A stretch of DNA of 64,000 bases from Prorocentrum cordatum (Eukaryota): contig CAUYUJ010000259.1 in assembly GCA_963575745.1 (NCBI GenBank), forward strand, positions 186,001 through 250,000, written 5' to 3'. Made by a program: the position numbers and the translations under genes. Within the stretch, counting starts at the first letter, position 1. Every line of letters begins with the position of its first letter. A model generated the notes under the pieces. The model saw only the letters and a list, made by a program, of their open reading frames with translations. It was not told the DNA's origin and did not search any database. This document shows, piece after piece, positions 37,401 through 49,400 of this stretch.

Positions 37401-40400
37401 GGCGGGCGGGTTTGCTTTGTCTAAGGCCCCAGTGGCCCTCACAGATCTGTCGGGCTCGAAGAGTGCAGCAGAAATTGGGGTCCTGTGTCCTGGTTTAGTT
37501 TTTTGTGTGTACGACGCAGGTTTCGGTGGCGAGCGAGGGGGGTGGTTGAGAAGGAGAAGGCCTTCTCAGAAGGTGGCGGGACTTGTCAGAAGTTCTCGCG
37601 CCCTCAAAGAGTTGTTCTGCTTCCCTGTGGAAGACTTTGAACATCTTCTCAGAAGGCTGGGGGACTTCCGAGCCTTCGGATACGTCCCGCCCCTTCTTCC
37701 CCCCGGGCTCGCCGCCGAGAAGAGTTTGTCGTGAGGGAAGGCCCTGGGATCCAGGACGGCACGAGGAAATCAAAGAGCTCTCGAGCTATGATGGCGCAGT
37801 TCTTTCTTTCCGCCTGGCCCTGTGACGTGTCCAGTGACATTAGACTCGAGCATCGGTGGCCACGGTTCGCTCAACAAACCCACGGAGCAGCTGCGTGCAT
37901 GCGTTCACACTTGCAGCTGCTGATGCAGAGTCGTGTGTGCAATCGCGCGTTGCAGCGGCAACGCCGCTCACGGCCCGTCCCTTGCATGCCAGACAGACAA
38001 CCCAATCGTTTTCACAGCGCTGTGCACGCACACCCACTGAAGTTGAAGTCGGGCCTGTCCCTCTCCGGGAGGAACAGTCAAGAATAGTAATCAAATAGTT
38101 TGGGGGCGATTGTTTTGACTCGGTTTGATTGTTTTTGCATCGTCTTTGGCTATCTGTCATTTTTCGTCCACAATCCGCCTGTAGGGGGACATGCCCGACC
38201 TAAACGGAGGTCCGCGCGAACCCCTCGGGCCAACGCCCAGCTCCCCTCCCGGCATCCCCCTGCGCTCCATCGCGCTGCCCTTGTGAGGAGGCTGGCCCAG
38301 CGCCAGACCGCAGAAGCCGCCACGCAGAGAATCTGTGGGGGACATCCTTCGTCCCGATGCCTGCTGCACTCCTCGGCGTCCCGGGTGGATGGGTCTGTTT
38401 TCCGACACCAGCACCACCATTTTAAAGTATGGGGGGGAAAGTTGGGGGAGGATTAGGAGGAGGCCGACGAGGAGGAGGACGAAGAGGAGGAAGAGGAGGA
38501 GGAGGAGGACGAGGACGAGGACGAGAACGAGGAGGAGGAGGAGAAGGAGGAGGAGGGCGCCCTCCCCCTCCTACTTGTGGTGGTGGCGGTAGGAAGCAAG
38601 CCCACCATTCGTCCCGTCGGCGTCCTGGGTGGCCCGGGGGTCTGGAAATTGGCCCGGAGTTCGCCTCGACGTGGCCCCGGACAGCTTCGGGGCCTCGGCA
38701 TGGCCCCGGCATGGCCTCGGAGTGGCCTCGGAGTGGCCTCGTATACAGTAGAAACCCATGCCAAGAGGCCTGCTTGCCTCGAGGGTGCCCTTGGTTTCTT
38801 GGGCTTCGATGGCTTTGCTGTGGGAAGCGTGACGTTCCCAGACCAGAAGTGAACGGACGGCCTGGGGTCTGCAGGGTTGGGTTTCTTGCAGGAGGTTTCT
38901 TGTGGTCGGGCTCCTATTGTAGCCCCGGCAGGGCCTCGAGTGGCCTCGGATAGGGCGCGGAGAGCCCGGTCGGCGGGGCAGAGAATCGCCCCACGCCCAA
39001 CAGATTCAACATCGAGTTCGCGCCCACCCCCCCGAGCGTAATTGTGCTTATCAGTTGTCTGCGGGGACGCCAGCCCTCCCCTTGGCATCGCCTGGACGTG
39101 TGCTTTTTGGCCTCGGAGTGACAGAGAAGCAAGCCCCCACCCCCGCAGCAGCTTCAACACAGAACTCGTCAGGAGGGAGAAAGAAACACACACAGACACA
39201 AGGAATCGTCGATCCCAAGGAACATGTAGGGAAAGATGGGATGTGTGTGTGGTGGGGAAACACGAAGACCCAGGAAATACAGGATCATATTTGGATTTTG
39301 ATGCTCCAACCTACTGAGCTACTGTAGCCTGGATTGCCAAACAGATTTTCGAGCACCAGACAAAAAGTACCGAAATTCTAGGGTTTTCCCGTACCGGGCA
39401 CTGGGAGACATTCGTCCGACACTGTTTCGCACTCTTTCGACACTCTCCCGGGTGCTCGAAATTATTTCTGGGATGTGGTCCTTAAGTGCGATTGGAGCAA
39501 CATAATCTTGGGAATCCCAGGATGTGTGTCTTTTTATTTGCGTGTCCCTGGGCCCCTTCAACTCGCGACGACCCCCCGAAGTGTAATTGTGCCCAGGGAG
39601 AGCTGCGGGGTCGCCAGCTCTCCTTTCGCATCGCCAGGACGTGTGTTGTTTTCTGTTTGCACGGCGAGGACCACCGAGGAGTATCTCTGATCGTCGAGAC
39701 ACAACACAACACGCACGACATTTGAAAGCATGCACGGGAATTGACGTCCGAGCGACGGATCAAGGATTGCGGATCGAGGATCGAGGAATGCACGTCCGAG
39801 CATGCTCCCGAGGACCGAAGATCGAGGAGGCTTTTGGGGACGTCGCCGGGGGGGGAGCTGGGCCAGGGGCGCCCCCCCTCCTCGAGGAGGGGGCGCCCCC
39901 CCCTGCGGTGGGACGACCGACCCGTCCTGGCGCTGCCCCGACGTCGTCCTGACCGTGGTGTGGCCATCGCAGGCAACCGGCAGCTGTGCACCCGCCACCA
40001 GTCGGAGCACGCGTATTGCAGGGCCCGGTTCGATTCTTCCGATGCGATCGGGTTCGGTTTCGATGGTTTCCGACTCCGATGCGATTCGGCTTCGCAGTCC
40101 GATTCGGCTCCGGTTTATCAATTTTGGCCTACTAGCCTGCCGATTTCTGCCGGTCCGATGTTTCCTGATTCGGCTGCCGATTTTCCCCCGATCTGGTTAA
40201 ATTCGATCGCCGATCCGAGTTGTCGATTGGATTCTGGGTTGGTATTGGGGAACGTAAGACTCGAGTACGCCAGAACTCGGGCTTGCCAGCGCTTTTTGAC
40301 GAGCGCGTCCTCGGTTTTGACGGTCCAGTTTCCATGGGATGTTTGCAGCGGAAGGTAGCGTCAAATTTCCGATTGGGTCTTGTCATTTTCATGATGGCCC

Positions 40401-43400
40401 CGTCGGGCCAACCCGAGTCCCCCGAACCCGAGTCTTCAGTCTTCCCGAGCGTAATGTCGGGGGGTGGCCAAAATCTGGTGGACCGGAAAGGGGTTCAGCG
40501 ACAAGGGGGTGGTGCAATAGTTTTGGTGCAGTAGATGTGTGGGGTTGGACTGGGCTTGGGGCGCGCAACACATTCGTTGAACGTTGAAGGATGAGCGGTC
40601 CGCGCGGTGTCCGAAACCGACGCCGAGGTCGCCACGACACGAACCTTCCCCGTGCCAGTCCAGGGCCCTGCATAGGCCTGGGCCACAGCTGGTGGCGGTG
40701 TATCGCTGCTGGTTTCCGACGTCGGGCGAGCCCATCCTGGAGCGCGCGTCTCTGCGGCTTGACGACACGGTCCTGCGCCTGCGCCTGATGGTGCAGCAGG
40801 CGGCCTCGGGGCGCATCGGCGCGCTCATCTCGCCGGGGCACGAGAGGCCCTGGGGAAGCCAAGAGGTACACCGACGTCCCGGACGTCTCCCGGGGTGGAT
40901 TCTGACTGGCATTTCTTGGGAGCCCCCAAACCGGGTGGTGAGACATCAGGTGGTGATTTGGAATCCCCACAAACGTCACCGCCGGGTTTTGGAACACGGG
41001 GTCACCGTCGGGGCGTGTGACTCCTGGACCCACAAGCGTTCGGGACATTTCCGAAAAACCACACGAGTCCCCAAACAGGGTGATGACCAACTCGCCCGAA
41101 GTTCACCGCCGGGTGTTGTCACCACCACGTTTGACTAAATTTCGAGGAGAATCCAGCCGTGGCGGCGGCCTATTCAGGACGAGCAGTGGTACCAGTGCAT
41201 TCTCCTCCGGACCTCTCCCAGGGTGTGCGGTCTGGCCCCGAAAGAATTCGAGGAGGATCCAGCCGTGGCGGCGGGTTCCTAGGAGTCCGATGTCGTGATT
41301 TTGCCAATGCGGGGTCCCCAGAAGTCTCGACCCCTTCCCTGGGACTGGCTTTGCATCCTGACCCCGAGGCCCTGCGAGGACCCCTGGAGACCTAAAGTTG
41401 CGACAAGCCTCCGTCGTGATTTTTTCAGTACGTTGGATCTCTAGGTTCTTCAGGGCGAGCGTTGGTACTTCGGAAACTGGAACATATACATCACCAGTGG
41501 CGTGTTTTTTTTTCAATCCCAAGACTTTTTTAGGGTCGGGGACGACGTCGGGGTGGTGTGGTGTATACTTTTTCCCTCCGTCTTCAAAGGGAAATGACAA
41601 AACATGTATACTCCAGCACCCGGTTTCCGCTAGGATCCTCGTTCCTGTGCGAATTTCCGCGCAGGGTCGGGAAAAGCGTCGGTGTTTTGAGTTCGTTTCC
41701 CTAGTGCCGGTGCCTTCTCCTCGAGGACCTTTCTCGGGGTTTGCGTTCAATTCGAGGAGCGGGTCCAGAAGTGGCGGCGGGCTCTCTGGCACGAGTGGCG
41801 GAGGCGGTAGAGTCGAGGTTCAGTGGTTTTAAGTCTAAGTCGGGCCTGTCCCTCTACAGGGGGAAAATTGAAAAATAGTCAAAAAATAGTCTGGGGACTA
41901 TTGTTTATCATTTTTTCACCATTTTGGAGAATTTTGGGGGTATCTTTTATTTTTCATCGAAACCTCCCTGTAGGGGGACACGCCCGACTTAATTGTAAGT
42001 CGGGCACGCATCTCTACATCACCGAAAGCGTTCCACTGCTCGCAAAGCGCCCGCTCGCAGACGTCCAAAAAGTACATGTCTGCTTCGATGGATCTGATCG
42101 TAGATCCCCCGCGGCGGATCCAGGCCATTTGCGTTCAGTTACTCTGCGAGTAGTGGAAGTCGCTCGTCAACTACAGGAGGAATATTCCAAAAGAGTAAAA
42201 ACATGGTCTTGGACGAACCATGTTTTTGGTTCGTCCAAAATCCCCCTGTAGGAGGATATGCCCGACCTAACAGTAGTTCCGGTTGGCCTGAAATGGGGTC
42301 CAGCGTCGTCGTCGTCGTCGTCGTCTTCGTCCTGTTCCACCTCCTATGTATCCTCGTTCTCCTGGATCCCCCCTGACCCCAGGGCGTCGTGAGGGAGCAA
42401 CGGTGGTCGGTCTTCCAGCGCGCGCTTCCCTAGCTACAAGGGGGTGGTGCAATAGATCTGGTGCAATAGATGTATGGGTTGCAACAGATCTGGGGCAGTG
42501 CATTCCGTGGCGCAAGTGTATTGGTGGATGTTCGTGTGCAATGCATTAGTTGCAGTACATTGCAATGCAGTTCTTCGGCGCAGTACATCTGCAATAGAAC
42601 TGCCCGAAATCTATCATACCCCCTTTCAGCTGGACCCCTTTTTGGATCACCCAAATTATTAGGTCTGCCCTGACAAACTTTTTTTGGTTCACCTAAATTA
42701 TTTACTTCAGTCAAATTACTACATGTCCTGTGTTTTGCGACATCTGCCTTCTACCATTCCTACGGCAATGTGGCCGTCGGAAGGGTCTAGCATTAGAAAG
42801 TTTAGGGTTCACTAGGGGCCGGTTCCCCCCAAAACGACAGAACAGTTCGCGAAATCATCCGAAAGCCGAGGCTTTTCGGAGGGTTCCCAAATGGTTTCGT
42901 GAGCGTTGCAGTCGTGTTGGGGGGATGCCAGTCCCTGGTGACCCGCAGGCTTTCGAAGTCTCGTGTCCTCTCACGTGTCTCCTCCAATCAAGCGAGGTCG
43001 ATCATCGGCTTCTCGTTGAACGCACCACTCAGCTTTCGCCGAAGACTGCCGGAAAGCGCCGAAAGCCGCCGAAGACCGTCAGGAGACCGCCAAAACAACC
43101 GCCGAAGACCACCCGAAGACCGCCCGAAGACCGCCGAAGACGGCGCAGGAGCGATGCGTAACAAGGGGTCCATGGTTGAACACCGGTGCACGCGGGCCTA
43201 CGTGAAGCTGCCCGGAGCGAAAAAGTCAGGTTTTGACTCGGGCACGTCCCCTTCTGCAGACGGATTTTTAAATAAAGTTATTCAATAGTATTCTGAGGAC
43301 GAGTTCTGATGTTTTATTTCTATTCTTGACTATTTCTGATTATTTCTCACTTCTCTTCCACAATCCGCCTGTAGGCGGACATGCCCGACCTAAGGTAAGG

Positions 43401-46400
43401 TTATGGGCTGGCACCTCCTCCCTTCCTACCCAATCGGATAGCACGGGCCGTCGCCGAAAAAAACACAAACTCACCGACCGCGCTCCACTGCTCGCAGGGA
43501 GCCTACTCCGCACATGGCCGAAACTAAAACAGGGTTCGCCTCGATGTGGTATCATCGTGCATCCCCCGCGGCCGGCGGCTCGAGGCCCTCTGCGGGTATA
43601 GTTGCTCTGCGAGCAGCAGCGCGCGCTTGCCGAGCAAGGACGCTGCCCCCCCCCCCCCCCGCTTTGCACCGTTTCCTCCGATGGTGGCCCCGGCCAGGGT
43701 GCGACCGCCCTGGCGCCTCGGGGCCCCTCCCCCCCTCCCGGGGCGTGTCTTTGGCCAGAGGAGAGCTCTCGAGGAGGCACCTCCGGCCGTGGCGGGCGAG
43801 GGCTGCCCCACGATGGGGGCGAAGACGAGGCAGGGGTCAGGAGGAGGGTCTCCTCCTCCTCCTCCCCCCTCCTCCCTCCTCCTCCTCTTCCTCCTCCTCC
43901 CTCCTCCTCCTCCTCCTCCTCCTCCCTCCCTCCCCCTCCTCCCTCCCTCCCTCCCTCCCTCCCTCCCTCCCTCCCTCCCTCCCTCCCTCCCCCCCCCCCC
44001 CCCCTCCTCCTCCTCCTCCTCCTCCTCCCCTCCTCCTCCTCTCCTCCTCCACCTCCTCCTCCTCCTCCTCCTCCTCCTCCTCCTCCTCTTCCTTCTCTTC
44101 CGCGTCCTCCTCCTCCTCCTCTTCCTCCTCCTCTTCCGCATCCTCCTCCTCCCCCTCCTCGTCCTCCTCCTCTCCCGCTTCTGCCTCCTCCCTCCTTCCT
44201 CCTCGTCCTCTTTCTCGTCCTCTTCCGCATCCTCCCTCTCCTCCTCTCCGCGTCCTCCTCCTTCCCTTCCTCCTCCTCTTCCGCGTCCTTCTCTCCTCCT
44301 CGTCCTCCTCCTCTTCCGCTTCTGCCTCCTCCCTCCCTCCTCATCCTCCTTCTCCTCCTCTTCCGCATCCTCCTCCTCCTCCTCCTCCTCCCCTTCCGTT
44401 TCCTCCTCCTCATCCTCTTGATCCTCATCCTCCTCCAGTCCATTTCAGCCTAGATCACCAGAAAGTCGAGCACCAAGAAAGTATGGACACTGGGCGGTTT
44501 CCACCCGTCCGGCCCTGGGGGGCGATGCTCGTTCGGCACCTCGCCGGCGTGTCGGGCAGACTTTGTTTCGATACTTTTCTCGGAATCATTCTTGAATATC
44601 AGGCGGGGCTAGGATGAGGATCGATCCGTTCCTGAGCGTTCTTGAACGCTCTGCGGGACGCTCTCAGAAGGCCGCGACGACCGACGCCGCCGCATCTCAT
44701 CCGACTTACCCTCAACCGAGTTGTTCCTCGTCCTGGCTTCGTCCTGAAAGTCCTCCTCCGAGAAGCGGTGTCGGTCGGAGTGATCGCCGGCATCACCGGC
44801 AGAGCCAGGGGGGGTCCTCAACGCATTTAATCCGGGCGTGCCCCTCCAGAAGAGGGATAGTCAAAGATAGTTTAAACAAAACAGTTTGGAGACGATGTTC
44901 CCATTATTTTGACAATTATTGAATATTGTCAGAGTGAGGTGGCCGAACGGTCATTCACTGTCCCTGGGTGCGTGGCAAAGGTGCGGATCCGTGGTGAGGA
45001 TTATGTTTGTTGCGTTGTAATTGTTGTTGCTGTTGCTGTTGCTGTTGCTGTTGTTGTTGTCGTCGTTATTGCCGTTGAATGTTGTTTAATAAGCAATCTT
45101 TTGTTGGACCCCTGCAAGGCGCCCTGAGGCGCCGGCTACATTTTCATTGAAATTGAGGCTCACGCTCGAGCGGTTTGGGGGACCGCCCAAACTGGCCCCC
45201 CAACAACAACAACGCTCCCGCTCGAGGCTTCCTCCTTTTTTACTCAGGGCTGGTGTTCTTGCTCGCCGCCGAAAGCAGCCGTCCTAACAAAACCAGCGCC
45301 CGCTTGAGACTTCCTCCGTTTTACGCTGGACTGGCGCGCTAGTCTTTCTCTCATCGGCGCCGCCCCCAGCAACAACAACGTTCCCGCTCGAGAAGTCCCC
45401 CTTTTTTACTGAAGGCGGTGCTCCTCCTCGCCGCCGAAAAGCGCCGCCCCGACAAAACCAGCGCTCCCGCCCGAGACTTCCTTCCGTTTTACACTGGGCT
45501 GGCGTCCCACTCTCTTTTTAATAGGCGCCGCTCCCAGCAAGAGCAACGCTCCCGCTCGAGGCTCCTTCCCTTTTTCCTGAAGACGGTGCTATTCCTCGCC
45601 GCCGACAACCCCCGTCCCGACAAAAACACGGCTCCCGCTCGATGTTTCTTCCCTTCTTATTCAAGGCGGTGTTCCTCCTCGCCGCCGAAACCCGCCGCCC
45701 CGACAAAACCAGCGCTCCCGCCCGAAACGTCCTTCCCATTTACGCTGGACTGGCGCCCTACTTTCTTTCGAATTGGCGCCGCTCCAAGCAAGAACAACGC
45801 TCCGCTCGAGATTGCCTCTCTTCTTCCTCGGGGCGGTGCTGTTCCTCGCCGCCGACAGCCCCCGTCCCGACAAAACAACGGACGGCACCCGCTCGATGCT
45901 TCCTCCTTTCTTGCGCAAGGCGGTGTTTCTCCTTGCCGCAGGAAGCCGCCGTCTCAACAAAACCAGCGTTCCCGCTCGAGACTTCGTTTTGTTTTCCGCT
46001 GGACCAGCGCCCTGCTCTCTTCAGCATTGGCGCCGCTCCCAGCAACAACAGCAGCCCTGCTCGAGACTTCCTGCCTTTTTATTCAGGGCCAGATCCTTGC
46101 CTCATCGTCGACAAACCCCATCCCCACAAAGGCAATCCTGTCGTTCGATACTTCCTTGTGCTTTACCCGTCGCTGGGGTTCCACTGGCGGTCTCGCATCT
46201 GCGCAGCAAGGCGCGGGCATGTGTTTTCGAGGCGGGATATGTTGAAATTCCTCGGAGGAGGTGTTTGCAAGACCTCATTGGGCGGGAGATTTGGGAATGG
46301 GAATAACGGACCCCGCTATAGAACAAGAGTCCCCCATGATGTAGATGGTTATCATGATGGTCGCATGCTTCGTGTGGAAACATCGCGTGTAAGGGTACAA

Positions 46401-49400
46401 TGATTGTTGTAGTTGTTTGTTGTCGTCGTCCCCCCCGCGACCCGGCCCGCGACCCACCCACAACCCACCCCGCGACCCAGTCTCGACCCACCCCGCGACC
46501 CGCCCGCGACCCACCCGCGACCCACCCGCGACCCACCCGCGACCCACCCGCGACCTGGCCCGCGACCCACCCGCGACCCACCCGCGACCTGGCCCGCGAC
46601 CCACCGTCGACCCACCTGCGACCCACCTGCGATCCAACCCGCGACCCACCTACATTGTTTGAGCAAAAAATCGGCGCCTGCGGCGGGCTCGTTGTATAGC
46701 TTACTTCTCCAAAGCCTCGCAAACTGCAGACGTTTCCGCCGCCCCTTTACTCTTCTCCGCTACGTATTTCGGCGGGGGGTGCCAGGCGGGGTCGGTGTGC
46801 GGGAGGCCTGTCGGGCCCGCCGTCGTTGATCCCCAGGGTTCCCCAGACTGTGTAGCCCAGACCCCCTCGGGTCATGTAAAGAGCATGACGGGAGGTGTCC
46901 CGCTATTTCAGGCCCATGGGGGCCCTTACACGCCGCTTGTTGAACGTAGGTCCTTGTGGCTTCCCAGGTCCCAGTCTACCTCAAGCGCCTCCCTGTTTCA
47001 AGAATCGGTGTGTGCCCCCCCCGGGGCCGCTGGACCAAGAAACGAAGGCGGCGCGCGGGGCGATCCGCTGGGGGACGCCCCGCCCCGGCGCCGGGAGGTG
47101 CCGGGAGGCTGCTTTACCTGATTCTTCACCTTGCCCTGAAGAGTTCGAACGCAGGCAGCTCGAACACACAATCGTAAGTTCCGTAGACGCGCCAACGGTG
47201 TGTCAGGTAATGGTGATGTAGGAAATCCAATTGCAGGAAGGCGTGGTCCGTGGCCAAACCAATTATTGGAACGCGTGGTTCGTGTTTTCCTACAACTTGC
47301 TGTGCCGTTCTCGCTCGATGCATTCCCACATTTGAAATCTAGGAAGCGGTGTTTCGTTATATCTTACAGGTTGTTCTGCGTGAGCTCGGTGTCACAAACA
47401 TCATATTCCCAACATCGCCGTTATATAACCAACATTGCCGTCAGCGCGGCCTTGGAGGTTGTTGGGAGTCCGAACGCGTAGGTTTTCGGACGTCTTCGTC
47501 GGCTCTTGGCGGCTTTCCAGCCTCCGGGTGCCCTCCAGCAGCTGCGCCTCGCCGAGGGGGGCAGCCTGGGCGGCCCGCATCGCACCAGAGGGTCACTGGA
47601 GACCTGAGCTATGAACCGAAAAACCCGGCGACGAGAATTGTTTCCAAGTCGGGCATGCCCCTGTACAGGATGAGGAGGAGGATAAGTCAAACATAGTAAC
47701 AAAAATAGTCTGGCGACGATGCTTCTATTGTATTATGGTCTTCTTGATGATGTTCAGACCATTTTAGAGACTTCCTTCCAGAGTCCGCCTGTGGGAGGAC
47801 ACGCCCGACCTGAGCCTGCCCTCTGCCAATTTTCCTACCCTTATGATGCTCCTACTTAATTCAGCCTGGATCACCAGGAAGAATTTCGAGCACCAGAAAT
47901 AAACCGACCGAAACTCGAGGGTTCACGCGTCGGGCCCTGAGAGGCAGTCGTTCGACACTGATTCGACACTGTTCCGTCACTTTTTCCACCTTTTCCCGGG
48001 TGCCCGAAGCTACTTCTGGAATGCGGTCCGCAAGTACGCTGGGAGCAACATAGTCCCACCCTTTCGCCCCCCCGCGACCTCCCTGGGCCCCGGGACCGTC
48101 CAAGCACGACCCGCGAGGCTCCGCTGGGACGCCCGCCTCGGCGCCGCGGGCCTCTCGGACCGCGACGTCGTGACCGCCCTCCGGGAGCCGCCCGCGCGCC
48201 TCCACGCCACGCACTGGGCCTTCGCCGCGCTGCTCGGCGACGGCCGCGTCGCAACGTGGGGGGACGCAGGCGCTCGACGAAGGGAAACGCTGCACACGCC
48301 TCCTCCTCCTCCTCCTCCTCCGCCTCCTCCTCCTCCTCCTCCCCCTCCTCCTCCCACTTCCCCTCCTCCTCCTCCTCCTCCTCCTCCTCCTCCTCCTCCC
48401 TCCTCCTCCTCCTCCTCCTCCTCCTCTCCTCCTCCTCCTCCCCCTCCCCCTCCTCCCTCCCCCCTCCTCCTCCTCCTCCTCCTCCTCCTCCTCCTCCTCC
48501 TCCTCCTCCTCCTCCTCCTCCTCCTCCTCCTCCTCCTGGCGAGTCGTAGGGGAGCGAATAAAGACATGAACAAAAAACAACCTGGAGGTCCGCGCGGATC
48601 TCTCGGATCCGCGCTGGACCCTCCAGAGGCATTCCGCACCAGCGAGAAGCGATCCTGGGCAACAGAAGGGCGAATTTGGCCAGAATTGCGAGAGCGGGGA
48701 GCGGGGCAGACGTGGCGGCCGAAGAGGAGGGGAGGGGGCGCACACACGTGCATCGGAGGAGGAACGGGTGCCCACACCGCTCTCTTCCCGTCGTTCTCCC
48801 ATTTCGGGGGCCTCCAGGGGTGCCCTCGGCGCCACCGCTGGATTCGCCTCGAGATCCTTGCTTCCTTCCTCTTCGGCCCGTTCTTGCCCCGCTCGAAATG
48901 TGTCGACATGGCCTTTCCGAGGGCGTTCGCAGCCTTGTCGTGCATCCTTGCCATCTGCGCGCTGCCTGCGTGCCTTTGGAGCTCCGGCCGCGGATTCCCC
49001 GGAGCGGCTCCTGGGACCGCTGGGATCCCAGCGCCTCGCGCGCCAGGGAGGTGGGCTCAGCGCCAGTCCAAGAGCGCCGCGCGGATCTCGAGCAGTGTAC
49101 ACGCAGGTCGTTGAAAGTAGTCCGAGTTTCTTAATAAGCGTCGGGGGGGCGTCACCCCCGCCGACAGCCCCGCATCGACCCCCGTTGCGGGCAGCCACTG
49201 CGCGCCGGAGGCGCTCCGGACTCCATTGCGGCGCGACGACGAGGCGAGGTTGACCCCCGTCGGAGGGGTAGCCCCCTGCGCTTATGAAGAAACCCAGGGT
49301 AGGTACTCTTCGATGCCCAAGTCCCTATCTACTTTAGGCGCTTTCCTGCTTCAAGACTCGAGCGGTTAGGGGGCCAGCGGAAGCCCAATCTTCTCTCACC

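Noticed and set aside
45418..46403. Repeat-protein-like ORFs (275 and 253 aa)
   Set aside because: Translation of the ~84-bp satellite, with frame-shifting unit lengths.
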